This document shows positions 1 through 11,300 of a stretch of DNA of 64,000 bases, in pieces. Both the position numbers and the translations under genes were made by a program. The first letter of the stretch is position 1; every line of letters begins with the position of its first letter. This stretch comes from an uncultured cyanobacterium (GTDB lineage Bacteria; Cyanobacteriota; Cyanobacteriia; Cyanobacteriales; CAWCAG01). The stretch is taken from contig CAWCAG010000009.1 of the NCBI GenBank assembly GCA_963793425.1, forward strand, positions 672,001 through 736,000, given 5' to 3'. Under the pieces are notes generated by a model that made no database searches, was not told where the DNA came from, and worked only from the letters and a program-made list of their open reading frames with translations.

Positions 1-644
1 AAATTCGTCAGCAGTTACACACCAATAAGCTTGGCTTTGACCGTTTTCTTCAGAACCATCAATATTGTTTCGCTGCTGATATTGTCAAAGACCCCTATTT
101 AATTTTTTTCTTTGATGAATTAAAGAGAAACTTTCCTGAAGCTAAATTTGTGTTTATTAATCGTGACCCCCGTGACAACATTCGTAGTATTCTCAATCGT
201 TTAGAGATTCCAGGTAATCTGCAAAAATTAGAAGCTAATTATCGAGAAAAATTACCAAATTTACCAAGAGGTAGTGATTGGCCAGAAATCATAGAAGGAT
301 TATTACCTCCTGTAGCTGGCAATAATTATATTGAAAGGTTAGCTCATCGCTGGAACCTTGCTGTAGATATATACCAAGCAAATCGAGACTATTTAGTTTA
401 TATTCGTTACGAAGATTTTTTAATTAATAAAGAAAGTTTTATTAAAGAGTTAGCAGAAAAAATGGGGCTAAAGCCTATTAATGATATTTCAACTCTGGTA
501 AACGTACAATATCAGCCTCGTGGCAATCATAATCTTACCTGGGTAGATTTTTTTAGCCAAGAAAATCTTAGTCGTATTGAAGCTATTTGTGAAGAGCGTA
601 TGAAGTTATTTAATTATCAAGTATTGAAAAATAATTCATCTTAA
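1..644 (+). CDS. Sulfotransferase family protein (5'-truncated by window edge)
   Basis: Frame is open from base 3 (..IVKDPYLIFF..FPEAKFVFINRDPRDNIRS..YIRYEDF), matching the 3'-PB RDPRD..S and RYEDF motifs of PAPS sulfotransferases. Confidence 0.8.
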   Translation, partial: IRQQLHTNKLGFDRFLQNHQYCFAADIVKDPYLIFFFDELKRNFPEAKFVFINRDPRDNIRSILNRLEIPGNLQKLEANYREKLPNLPRGSDWPEIIEGLLPPVAGNNYIERLAHRWNLAVDIYQANRDYLVYIRYEDFLINKESFIKELAEKMGLKPINDISTLVNVQYQPRGNHNLTWVDFFSQENLSRIEAICEERMKLFNYQVLKNNSS

Positions 645-737
645 ATAGTGGCATCAATATAAAAAATAGACTAATAGTAGTAAATAAAAACGGTTCTTAT
701 ATTGAACAGTTTTGTAACAACGTTGACTTAAGTAATC

Positions 738-1832
738 ATGGTATCAATTACACAAACACTAGAAAACTGGACACTACCTCATAGATTATGGAAAACAGGC
801 GCACCTCTTCCCACTCCCCTCTTAGAAAGTGCGACAACGGTTATTGATAATCAGCTATATGTCTTTGGTGGTTTTACATTTAGATGGCAAGCAACCAAAG
901 ATATATATGCCTACAATCTCGAAGCAGATCAATGGACTAAATTAGGTGAAATGCCTACTCCCGTAACCCATGTCAATGCAGTCCTTGATGAGTCGCGGGT
1001 GTGGTTTGCTGGTGGCTTTGTGGGGAATCATCCTGGTGCGACAACGGAACAAGTTTGGCGATATGATAGCAAGGATAATTCTTGGACAGAGGGTATCCCT
1101 CTACCTCAACCTCGTGCAGGGGGTGGTCTTCAGATTATTAATGGTGAACTTCATTATTTTGGTGGCTTTGCAGCAGACAGAGATACTACTTGTGGAGAAC
1201 ATTGGGCGCTGCCACTAGAAGGAGGAACAGAATGGGTGGAAAAAGCGCCTCTACCAAATCCAAAGGGTCATGTTTCAAGTATTACTGTTGGTGAAAAAAT
1301 CTATGCCATTGGTGGCCAACAGCGCCATGATACTAATCCTATTGATGTGAATTCAGTTCATGTTTATGATTCGGTAAAAGATACTTGGTTAGAATTGGCT
1401 AGTTTGCCCGAACCTAGATCGCATTTTGAGCCATCCACTTTTGCGCTAGATGATTACATCGTTATTATTGGTGGACGTAATAATCAAAATCGCCATTTAT
1501 TGAGTGAAAAGCTAACAGATATATTTGATCATAAAAATGACAAATTAATTGATGATTTTCCCCTACAGGTTTTTCTGGCGCTGAAATATTCAATTAAAGG
1601 TTCTAAGTACTATACAAATTTACTTCCCAAAATTACTATTTATGACATCAAACTAGACACTTGGAGTGAACTAGCATCTTTACCAACTCATCTTTATGCC
1701 CCTGTGGCTAATGTGATTAGTAAATGGTTGGTTATTAGCGGAGGAGGTAGAATTAGGCATATTAATGTGCAATCTAGAACTCTACTTAATCAGAGCTTGA
1801 TAGATATTATTAAAACTAAAAGCAGAGAGTAA
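738..1832 (+). CDS. Kelch-repeat beta-propeller protein
   Basis: Repeated (L/I)YxxGG...W...P kelch motifs. Confidence 0.85.
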   Translation: MVSITQTLENWTLPHRLWKTGAPLPTPLLESATTVIDNQLYVFGGFTFRWQATKDIYAYNLEADQWTKLGEMPTPVTHVNAVLDESRVWFAGGFVGNHPGATTEQVWRYDSKDNSWTEGIPLPQPRAGGGLQIINGELHYFGGFAADRDTTCGEHWALPLEGGTEWVEKAPLPNPKGHVSSITVGEKIYAIGGQQRHDTNPIDVNSVHVYDSVKDTWLELASLPEPRSHFEPSTFALDDYIVIIGGRNNQNRHLLSEKLTDIFDHKNDKLIDDFPLQVFLALKYSIKGSKYYTNLLPKITIYDIKLDTWSELASLPTHLYAPVANVISKWLVISGGGRIRHINVQSRTLLNQSLIDIIKTKSRE

Positions 1833-1883
1833 AAAGATAAACAATTTATCTGGATGTTTGGGATAGAAAATTGCTGAAAAAAA

Positions 1884-2418
1884 ATGAATAAAAAACACTC
1901 TTATTTAGTCTCGGATAGCAATATAATTAATTACCAATTATACAATTTTGAGGATTTGGAACTCCGTAGACCTAAATCTGAAAAATCTTGAGGGAATGAT
2001 TTCTTTGTTAAAAAAAATCAAGACTCCCAAAATACTTTTCTGGTTTTCTGTCCGTCATCCTAAATATCAGGAAAACTACAATCCTAACGCCAGATACAAA
2101 GAGTTCATAAGGTCTAAAATTAGTAACGTTTTGGAAACTGTTTCTCAAAATAGGATTGGCTTTTTCCTGGGATATGCTCCCGAAAAGTATATATATGAAA
2201 ACTTCCCCCATCTGATTAATGAGCAAATGATGGAAGTCCTCAAGCCCCATAGTGATGCCTATGTAGAGTGTGTTACTCAAGTTGGTTTACCTCAAACTCT
2301 GATTAATTTTCAAGGAGAAAAAGTTGGCACAGATAACTACTATCCTTCTCCTAAAATGCACCAAGAAGCTGCTAAGTTACTTTATCCAGTTTGCCAAAAT
2401 ATACTGGAGAATAAATGA
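1884..2418 (+). pseudogene. DUF6473-like protein, frameshifted/internally deleted
   Basis: ATG 1884 gives MNKKHSYLVSDSNIINYQLY..LRRP then stop at 1989-1991; the C-terminal part (ILFWFSVR, FPHLIN, NYYPSPKMH) is in another frame; family call from recall. Confidence 0.5.
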
Positions 2419-2995
2419 AAAATTCTGAGATTATTCCTAAAATTCAAAGATTTAAAGTTCGGCTAGATGATTGGCTTTTAGCAAAGAAACTTCTCCCAGA
2501 CCAAGACAAATATCAAAAATTTATTGTTCTCACCCGTGCCAGAACCGGATCAAATTTTTTAATGAGCTTATTGCAATCCCATCCCGGCATTCGTGCCTTT
2601 GAAGAAATCTTCCCGAAAAAAGAAACCAAGCTCCATTGGGGTTATGCAAACTATCCCCGCTCTCCAGAAGTTATCAAACTGAGGAAAGAACAGCCCATAC
2701 AATTTATAAATGAAATTGCCTGAAACTATTTGTAGAAACAAAAAAATGGGAAGAGGAGTACGATGCTTTTTTTGAAGAGCATCAAAAGCTTGAGTTGATT
2801 TATGAAAACTTAGTGCAAAATACTAAGGAAGAAACTAAGGGAGTGCAGCAGTTTTTAGAAGTAAAACCACAAAACTTATATTCATTAACCTTGAAGCAAA
2901 ATAAAGGTAAACTGTCTGAAAGAATTGCCAACTACTATGAATTAAAAGAAAAGTTTCAAGATTCTGCATGGAGCAGGTTTTTTACTGATGATTAA
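2415..2995 (+). pseudogene. Stf0-like sulfotransferase, split and internally deleted
   Basis: N-terminal PAPS-binding motif RARTGSNFLMSLLQSHP in 2415-2723; C-terminal YENL..QQFL..KQ..LSERIANYYEL in another frame (2795-2995); central part missing. Confidence 0.65.
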
Positions 2996-4043
2996 GAAAC
3001 GCATCAAAAGCTTCCTAAAATCAATAGGTGATTTGGGGAAACAACCGCCGCAACAAAGCGATGAATTAGTTGCTCAAATTAATCAAACAACGATGGAATA
3101 TACAACTCTAGGTCGAACTGGACTTAGGGTCAGTGTGATGGGTTTAGGTACTGGAGGATATAGTAAAATTGGTCAAAATACGGGCAAGAGTCAAGCAGAA
3201 TCTATAGCTTTAGTTTGTAACGCATTTGATTTTGGTATTAACTTTTTTGATACGGCAGAAGGTTATAATACTGAAGTAATTATCGGCAAAGCCCTTAAGC
3301 AAATTAAGCGGGAAAATGTAGTTTTATCTACTAAGAAGAAGATGCGTCCTCAAGGGGCATTGATTACTGGTAAAGAATTGGTCAAGGGATTAGAAAAAAG
3401 CCTGAGAAAACTTAAAACTGATTATGTAGATATCTACAATTTGCATGGTGTAGCCATAGATGAATATGACTATGTTTTAACCGAACTTATGCCAGTTTTA
3501 TTGAAGATGCGCGATGCTGGTAAAATTCGCTTTCTTGGCATCACAGAAGCATTTACAAAAGACCCAAACCATAAAATGTTAGAGCGTGCAGTTGAAGATA
3601 ATTGTTGGGATACTATTATGGTAGGTTTTAATATTCTCAATCAATCTGCCCAAAAACTAGTACTCCCCCAAGCTGCTGCTAAAAATATAGGTGTACTGGC
3701 AATGTTTGCTGTTAGACGAGCATTAAAGAACAGGAATAGATTAGAAAAAGCCATACTAAAGTTGAAACAAATGGGATATTCTGAACTAGAAACTTTAAAT
3801 GCAGAACATCCTTTAGATTTTCTTTTTTATGAAGGTGGGGCTAAAAATATTACAGATGCAGCTTATCGCTTTTGTCGCCATCAATCAGGAGTTGATTTAG
3901 TGTTGTTTGGTACAGGAAATGTTGAGCATCTTGCAGCTAATGTTGCTTCTTTATTAAGCCCTCCCCTACCTGATGCAGATTTATTGAGGCTAAAAGAGTT
4001 GTTTGCCAAAGTCAATAATTTTACAGGCAGTGAAAAGTTATGA
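2988..4043 (+). CDS. Aldo/keto reductase
   Basis: LGRTGLRVSVMGLG, FFDTAEGY, SLRKLKTDYVDIYNLH, GKIRFLG motifs. Confidence 0.9.
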   Translation: MIKKRIKSFLKSIGDLGKQPPQQSDELVAQINQTTMEYTTLGRTGLRVSVMGLGTGGYSKIGQNTGKSQAESIALVCNAFDFGINFFDTAEGYNTEVIIGKALKQIKRENVVLSTKKKMRPQGALITGKELVKGLEKSLRKLKTDYVDIYNLHGVAIDEYDYVLTELMPVLLKMRDAGKIRFLGITEAFTKDPNHKMLERAVEDNCWDTIMVGFNILNQSAQKLVLPQAAAKNIGVLAMFAVRRALKNRNRLEKAILKLKQMGYSELETLNAEHPLDFLFYEGGAKNITDAAYRFCRHQSGVDLVLFGTGNVEHLAANVASLLSPPLPDADLLRLKELFAKVNNFTGSEKL

Positions 4044-4068
4044 TACTGTTATTTCTGGCAAAAAATAA

Positions 4069-5253
4069 GTGATGAAGCCAACAGTAATTATTTATCGTGA
4101 CCAATTAATTCCCTACTCAGAAACATTCATCCCCGCACAGGTTGAAAACTTATCTGAATACACTGGTTTTTATGTTGGTAGTACTTCCTTTTCTAATGCA
4201 GGAGCAATGATTCCTTCAGAAAGAAGTATTGTCTTGGGTAATGTGGTTTCTTCTCCTGGAATCTGGAAAACCATCTATAAATTAACTGGCTTTCCCCACC
4301 CTAACTGGCTCAAAAGTTTAAAAAAATTATCCCCTACTCTAATGCACGCCCACTTTGGCTTAGATGGCTTATTAGCCCTACCTTTAGCACAGACATTAGA
4401 CATACCTTTAATAGTTACTTTTCATGGCTATTATGCCACAGCAAAAATAGAAGAGAAATCCGGTAAAAATCTTTTTTCCTACACCTCAGATTATCTGAAT
4501 AGGCGTGGTCAATTTTTTCGAGAATTCTACGGTAGAAATCGTCACCGCCTCTTTCAAGAAGCAGATAGTTTTATTGCTGTTTCTGAATTTATTCGGAGTA
4601 AATTAATTGCAACGGGATGTCCTGAATCTAAAATTAGAGTTCATTATATTGGCATTGATACGGAAAAATTCGCACCACAACCAGAGATTCAAAAAGAACC
4701 AATTGTTTTATTTGTGGGACGTTTTGTAGAAAAGAAAGGGTGCGAATATTTAATTAAAGCAATGGCTCAGATTCAAACAACTTTTCCTGAAGTGGAGTTA
4801 GTCTTAATTGGAGATGGGCCTCTGCGTTTAGAGTTAGAAGAATTAGCTAAAAAATCACTTCGTCGCTACCGCTTTTTAGGAGTGCAACCATCACCTACTG
4901 TTAAAAAATGGATGGCGCGATCGCAGCTTCTCTGCGCCCCCAGTGTTACTACAGCACAGGGAGAGTCAGAAGGTTTGCCCATTGTTATTTTAGAAGCAAT
5001 GGCTATGGGTTTACCTGTAGTTAGTTCTTTTCACGCGGGTATCCCGGAAGCAGTGGTTTCTGGGGAAACAGGATTTTTAACCCCAGAAAGAGATTGGCAA
5101 GGAATTGCTGAAAATATATCTACCTTACTTCAAAATAAACAACTGAGAGAAGATTTTGCTTCTGCCGGACGCAAGTTGGCAACAAGCAAATTTAATCTCC
5201 AGTCTAATAGTAGGCAGTTAGCAGAAATATATAATGAGGTTGTTGCTAAATAG
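4069..5253 (+). CDS. Glycosyltransferase family 4 (WcaL-like)
   Basis: HAHFG, FVGRFVEKKG, EGLPIVILEAMAMGLPVV, GIPEAV motifs. Confidence 0.9.
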   Translation: MMKPTVIIYRDQLIPYSETFIPAQVENLSEYTGFYVGSTSFSNAGAMIPSERSIVLGNVVSSPGIWKTIYKLTGFPHPNWLKSLKKLSPTLMHAHFGLDGLLALPLAQTLDIPLIVTFHGYYATAKIEEKSGKNLFSYTSDYLNRRGQFFREFYGRNRHRLFQEADSFIAVSEFIRSKLIATGCPESKIRVHYIGIDTEKFAPQPEIQKEPIVLFVGRFVEKKGCEYLIKAMAQIQTTFPEVELVLIGDGPLRLELEELAKKSLRRYRFLGVQPSPTVKKWMARSQLLCAPSVTTAQGESEGLPIVILEAMAMGLPVVSSFHAGIPEAVVSGETGFLTPERDWQGIAENISTLLQNKQLREDFASAGRKLATSKFNLQSNSRQLAEIYNEVVAK

Positions 5254-5457
5254 CGAGGATAAAATCATACCAGAAAAGCAACTGGATGAGTATTGTCGTC
5301 CTGTTGTTGATGACTGTAGTATTAGACTAAACAAAGAGTAAACAGAGAGAATGAAGTGCAAATAGGGAGAAAATGATTTGTAGCAATTAAATACGTAATC
5401 TCCCTACCATGAAATATGAACGATTAAAAAAGTTTCGTCCCATTTCTTAGTCTAAAC

Positions 5458-5571
5458 TACAGTAAACATGGAAGTGGGCTTAACATTGCCGAATGTGAGT
5501 TGAGTGTCCTCACCCGCCAATGTTTAAGAGGGCGACGCTTTGAAGATATTGAGATGCTTGTTCGGGAACTC
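5458..5571 (+). mobile_element. IS630-family transposase remnant
   Basis: Translates YSKHGSGLNIAECELSVLTRQCLRGRRFEDIEML, resembling the IS630 YTPKHGSWLNxAExELSVLxRQCL motif; no intact ORF. Confidence 0.7.
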
Positions 5572-5894
5572 TTTTTTACTCTTCTTGAATTTTTAGACAA
5601 GTTCATATAAGAAGCGATCACACTTTTTAAGTTCTTGACTTGGTGCGATCGCTTGATTAGTTTCCATTCTGTTAGTTTTTCCCAAAGGGAAAAGGCTGCC
5701 CTCTGAAACCCTTGCCCTGAATGCCCTCCACAGCGAATTTTCGCGGGATAGCACGAAAGAATACGGGTTTCAGCGTTTGACAACTTCCCACGAAAGAGGA
5801 AGTTATAACAGGCTATAGTTAGTATAGCCCAGTTTTATAGCCTTTAAACAACTTTTCATCGCCAAATTTGCTCAATTAAGGAATTAGGGAAATT

Positions 5895-5936
5895 TAGCAA
5901 CTAGCAACTAGCAATTAGCAACTAGCAATTAGCAAT
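5895..5936. repeat. Heptamer tandem repeat (TAGCAAY)x6
   Basis: tagcaac/tagcaat units; similar STRR-type heptamer tracts at ~7895, 24035, 27004, 33761, 35080, 35170, 41445 and 42292. Confidence 0.85.
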
Positions 5937-5993
5937 TGTTGAACTAGAATAGTTACATAGCTTCCAACAGATATTCTGAGGATAGTGGGTGAT

Positions 5994-6359
5994 ATGAAAA
6001 GATTAAGTGTCGGGATTTTATTCTTACTAGGATTAAGCTTGAGTAGTTCTACTGCAATTGCTCAAGAATTAGAACCAGATTTGCCTCCTAACTCTACAAC
6101 TTTGGGAAACGAACCTGTAAAAATTGAGCCAAGTTCTTTGTCTCCAATTCAGTTTCCTCCACAACTAAATACAGTATCTTTACAAGATGGTATTTATTAC
6201 GAAACTAATCCTGTTTTCGGGGGTGTTCAATATGAAGTTACCTTAGAAGAAGTGACTCTCGAAGATGAAAACTGGAGTCATGGTGTATTTCTTGATGAAA
6301 ATTACCTACAACAAGATATACAAGATCGTAATGGGGTGTTTATTAAAAATAAATTTTAG
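5994..6359 (+). CDS. Hypothetical secreted protein
   Basis: Signal peptide MKRLSVGILFLLGLSLSSSTAIA. Confidence 0.6.
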   Translation: MKRLSVGILFLLGLSLSSSTAIAQELEPDLPPNSTTLGNEPVKIEPSSLSPIQFPPQLNTVSLQDGIYYETNPVFGGVQYEVTLEEVTLEDENWSHGVFLDENYLQQDIQDRNGVFIKNKF

Positions 6360-6400
6360 CTTAATGGCCAATGGCTAATAGTTTTCTCCCTGTCACCTCG

Positions 6401-7837
6401 TCACCCCCTCACCTCCTCCATTGGTAAGAAAACGCTAAAGGTTGTCTTTCCTGGCTGACTTTCTACTGAGATTTTGCCTTGGTGTTTATCAATAATCTTG
6501 CGAACGATACTTAATCCTAAGCCGCTACCTTCTCCTGGACTTTTAGTAGTAAAGAAAGGTTGGAAAATTTTCTCTTTTGTTTCTGCTGGAATGCCACAAC
6601 CTGAGTCAGTAATTTTGATTGCTACATAATTATTTTGTGGTCTAATTTCTATACCTAAATTGCCCTTATTTTTCATAGCTTGGATAGCATTGTAAATTAA
6701 ATTAAGCCACATTTGCTTAATTTCATCAGGACAACAAGAAATTTTAGGAATGCTTTGGTAGCTTTTACTAACTTCTATACCTTGTTTGAAACGAGTTTGT
6801 TGCGATTCTAAAACTGCTTCTATGCCTTCTGTTAAATCAACCAAAAGCTTCTCGCTAGAACGTTCGTAATCAGCATAGGTTTTTAAAACAAACACGATCT
6901 TATTGGTTAGTTCTGTTGCTTTGACGATGGTTTTTGTATTGCGGTATAAAGAGGTAAGATCATAAATCGTGTTCAAAATTTTTTGGCAGTTGTCATCTTT
7001 TAAAATGGGTAAAGTAAATTCCCATTCGTCATAAATTCCTATACCAATTAAGATATTAGCCTTTGAGCTTGCATCACTAATCTTATGTTCTTTTAGTTGT
7101 TTAACTAACTCTCTTTTTAAAGAGCGTTTTTCCCTAGAAGACAAGGAAAAAATATTGTTTTGTTGAGTAGCAATTTTTAATAAACTTAGAACTACGAAAT
7201 GATATTGGGGAGGAAGTTCTTGAAAAAAATCTGGTAATTGGCTAAGAATTTCTCGAAAAAAGTAGAGGCTGTTATCTGCTGAAGAACGGATTGCCGCAAG
7301 GGGGCTGTTCATTTCATGGGCAACTCCTGCTACTAATTGAGTTAAGTGGCTCTCACTTTCTTTTAACTGTTTAATTAGTTTAGCTTGGTCATGATTTAAT
7401 TGTTGTAATTGGGCATTTTGCTTTTCAAGTTGTTGAGATTGTAAATAGCTTTTAACTGCTTCTTTGATAGTTAAACTAAGGTCTTCAGTTTCCCAAGGCT
7501 TAGCAATATAACGATATAGTTTGGCTGAATTAATCGCGTTGGTTATTCCTTCTATTTTTGCTTGGCCAGTGAGCATTATTTTGAGGGTTTGGGGCGAAAC
7601 TTGATGAATTTTTCTTAAAACCTCATCCCCTTTCAAATCTGGCATGATATAGTCGGAAATCACTACAGCAATTTCACAATTTTCTTCTAATAACTCAGCA
7701 ACTAAATCTAATGCTTCTCCCCCACTAATAGCGGTTTCAATATCAAAATCATCTTCTAGTTCTTCTGATAACTGTCTTCTTAAACTATCGAGAACAGTTT
7801 CTTCATCATCAACACACATAATAATAGGTTTATTCAT
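6401..7837 (-). CDS. Hybrid response regulator-histidine kinase
   Basis: N-terminal receiver (CVDDE, SDYIMP, KPW); His[11 protein letters not shown]; HATPase NAIQA, DSGCG, GSGLGL. Confidence 0.92.
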   Translation of the reverse strand: MNKPIIMCVDDEETVLDSLRRQLSEELEDDFDIETAISGGEALDLVAELLEENCEIAVVISDYIMPDLKGDEVLRKIHQVSPQTLKIMLTGQAKIEGITNAINSAKLYRYIAKPWETEDLSLTIKEAVKSYLQSQQLEKQNAQLQQLNHDQAKLIKQLKESESHLTQLVAGVAHEMNSPLAAIRSSADNSLYFFREILSQLPDFFQELPPQYHFVVLSLLKIATQQNNIFSLSSREKRSLKRELVKQLKEHKISDASSKANILIGIGIYDEWEFTLPILKDDNCQKILNTIYDLTSLYRNTKTIVKATELTNKIVFVLKTYADYERSSEKLLVDLTEGIEAVLESQQTRFKQGIEVSKSYQSIPKISCCPDEIKQMWLNLIYNAIQAMKNKGNLGIEIRPQNNYVAIKITDSGCGIPAETKEKIFQPFFTTKSPGEGSGLGLSIVRKIIDKHQGKISVESQPGKTTFSVFLPMEEVRG

Positions 7838-7975
7838 AAAACATCTCCGGAAAAGAGGGTTGGCGCACTTCCTTGCCGTAGGCTACAGGAAACAGGGAGC
7901 AGGGAGCAGGGAACAGTGGTAAGAATTGATAATTTCAGTATGATAATTGATTTGTTTTTTGATTCTCGGAAATGT

Positions 7976-8371
7976 CTATAGTTGTTCTAATCCTGATTTA
8001 ATACATTTAATTAATTCTGCTTCGCTCCAAGGTTTGTTTAAGTAAGCATGAATATGACCTTCTGTTTTAGCTCGTTCAATGGCTTCGGCATCAGCTTGTC
8101 CTGTTAAGAGTATTTTGACTACTTGAGGGAATTTATTTTGTACTGCCACCAAAAACTCATCTCCTTTCATTCCTGGCATCAACCAATCAGAAACTATGAC
8201 AATAATTTGGCTTCCTTCTACTTGCAATTCTTCAATAATTTCTAGGGCTTCTTCTGCGCTTTCCGAGGTTTCATAAACATAGCGATCGCTAAATGCTGCT
8301 TGCAGTTGTCGCAGGAGGCTATTTAAGATAATTACTTCATCGTCGATACATAAAATAGCTAGTTCAGACAT
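7976..8371 (-). CDS. Single-domain response regulator
   Basis: CIDDE, SDWLMP, LLTG, KPW. Confidence 0.92.
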   Translation of the reverse strand: MSELAILCIDDEVIILNSLLRQLQAAFSDRYVYETSESAEEALEIIEELQVEGSQIIVIVSDWLMPGMKGDEFLVAVQNKFPQVVKILLTGQADAEAIERAKTEGHIHAYLNKPWSEAELIKCIKSGLEQL

Positions 8372-8385
8372 GAGTTATTTACAGG

Positions 8386-11300
8386 TTAAATTGGTAGGGA
8401 AACGGTGAAACTGGTTTCTCCTGGTTTAGAAGTGAATTTGATTTCTCCTTGATGCTTTTTAATAATCTTTTTAACAATATCTAAGCCCAAACCACTTCCT
8501 TCTCCTGGAGGCTTTGTCGTAAAGAAAGGTTGAAAAATTTTGCTTTGTATTTCTGTAGGTATACCTCCACCACAATCTGTAATGCTTACCTTAATTTGTC
8601 TCTCCTCCTGCCAAGTATTTATTGTCAAAGTGCCTCGATTATTCATTGCTTGGAGAGCATTATGAATTAAATTTGTCCAAACTTGATTGAGTTCATCAAA
8701 ATAGCATTTAATGGAGGGTAAATCTTGATAATTACGAACCAGCTTTACCCCTTGTTTTAACTGGCTTTGATAAAGGGTTAAAATCGCTTCAATACCATCA
8801 AGAATATTAATTTCTCTCCTTTCTCCAGTTTGGTCATAACGGGCATAGGTTTTTAAGGCGAAGACGACTTTTGCTGCCCGATCAGAGGCTAAATGAATAT
8901 CTCTAGTACTTTGTTGCAAGCGGGTAAACTGTCGAACAATCTTCAAAAAACTTTCGCTGTCTGGTTGTTGTAAAATAGGAAAGAAATGTTCTATATCTGT
9001 ATAAATTCCTAAGTCAATAAACAAGTTGGCTAAATTAGTCGCTTTAGCAACTTTTTGGGTTTCTAAAACGCTAGTTAAAGCCTTTCTTAACTTCCTTCTT
9101 TCTCTACCGGAAACTATTAAAGTATTTTCTTGAGAACGTTGCAACAGAACGAGAAAAGCTTCCTGTTGTTGCTCAGAAAGATTTTGAAAAAATCCTGGAA
9201 GTTGGGCTAGTTGTTCTGCCATGAAATCGCCAATATATTGCACTGAAGAACGAATTGCCCCCAGAGGAGTATTAATTTCGTGGGCAACTCCCGCCACAAG
9301 CTGCCCCAAGGCTGCCATTTTCTCAGCTTGGATTAATTCATCCTGAGTACTTTCCAATTCCCTTAAAGTGGTGGAAAGTTCTGCGGTGCGTTCAGTAACT
9401 TTCTGTTCTAAGTTATTATAAAGTCGGGCATTATCAATAGCGATCGCAGCTTCACCAGAGAGAAGTTGCAATACCTGCAATCTTTCCGGGGTAAAAGCGC
9501 CTGTGGTAAGATTATTTTCTAGGTAAAGGATGCCGCTAAGTTGACCTTGGTTAATTAAAGGAGTGCAAAGGATTGATTTAGGTTGCTGCTTTTTGATATA
9601 AGGGTCGTTGCTAAATTGTGTTTGTCCTGTAGCATTTTCTAAAACCACATCTTTGCGAGTTCGCCAAACATAGTTGACGATGTTCCGGGCTAGATTGGGG
9701 TTATGTTTTAAGGAAATGGATTCAAGTACACTAACTTGTGCTTCTTCAATTCCCTTTGCAGCTTCAATGAATAATTTTCCCTTGGTTTCCAAGATTAAAT
9801 AACCAATTTGCGCCCCAGCATTAGCAATGAGAATTGCCATTAATTTTTCTAGCAACCTCGGCAAGACAATTTCTCCAGAAATAGCTTGGGAAGCCTTAAG
9901 TACAGACCCTAAATCCAATTGAGTGGTGAGTGTTTGGCTAGTGGTTGTGATGGTAGTGTTGCTGAGTTGAGTAGGGGCAGAAGGTTTGGTTTGAAGTTGA
10001 GGATATTGTTTTTGCAAAGCTTTGACTTTGGCTGTTGCCCCCCAATTAAGATAGCAATGGTAAGCTTCTTTGAGATAAAAGAGTGCTAGTTGGGGTTTGC
10101 CCCAATTAAAGTAGAATTTAGCTGCTAATTCGTTAGCTAAGGCTTCTTCATTAAGATAATTATTTTCTTGGGCTTGGGCAATGGCAAGATCATAACTATC
10201 GATGGCAGCAGCCTTGTTTCCCTCAACCTGATACCTTTCGGCTTCTACTAAAGTTAATTTAGGCAAAAAGTTACTGGGGCAGCGATTAGCCCATTGCTGC
10301 ATCTTCTCCTGATTCACTTTAACTTGCAACAACAGCTCTTCTGATTGCGATTGTGCCAACTGAATTAAACTATCGTAGAAGTAAAACAAAGGAATGCTGA
10401 GGGTTGCTGTCACTCCATCTAAATACTGCCTTGCTTTAGCAATATTTTCTGCTGCTTGGAGATACTCTGCAAAAAGATAATGCAGGAAAGCTTTGTTGAA
10501 ATATAAATAATAAAGGGCGGTTTTATCATTGGCTTGTTGATGCAAAGGTAACATTTTAACTTCATCATAAGCCTCTCCCTGTAACAAATAAGGCTGTTGA
10601 GATTCCCCCTGTAAATTTAAAACCACCTGGTGACAAACCTGATGATAATTCAAAGCTGTTTCTTGCTTAAGTTGCGCGATCGCTTCACTATATTGAGCCA
10701 TACCCGTTGCTAATGCCCCTAATTCTTCACCTAAAAAGAATTTATGTAACCAGTACACAGCCGCGCAATAAGCACCATATTCAACATCTCCCGTTTCCCA
10801 AGCACTTTTATAGGCTTCCTGTAAAGGCTGCAAGGTATCAATAACTGGTTCTTGCCAATGACAAAGAAAGCTGTAAACTATTTGCATAGTTCTTGTCTTC
10901 ACTTTTGTCCCCTTATCCCGCTCCAATAATCCTAAAGCAAGTTGACCAAATTGATACCCAGACTCAAAATCCTCCTTAATACCACACAAAATTAATCCGT
11001 AGGTAGCATAGGCAAAAGCTGACACTGTGGCATTACCATATTGTATAGACAAGCTAACCTGGCGACAAACAATTAAGGGAAACATAGCAGGGACTGCTTG
11101 AAATGCCGCAGAAAAAACATTGCTGAGAATTTGCATGGCTGCTAGCTTTTGAGCATCTTTCATCCCAGGCAAATGTAGTAATTCCAGAGGTTGCTTACCT
11201 TTTAAATCTAATTCCACTTCTGCAAAAGCTTGTTGCAAATCAGCTTTGCCAGGTTGCTGAGGAAACTCAACCCCCAACTGCTTGAGAAAAATCAGGGCTG

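Noticed and set aside
5457..5783. 108-aa minus-strand ORF
   Set aside because: Overlaps the IS630 remnant on the opposite strand; no recognisable domain
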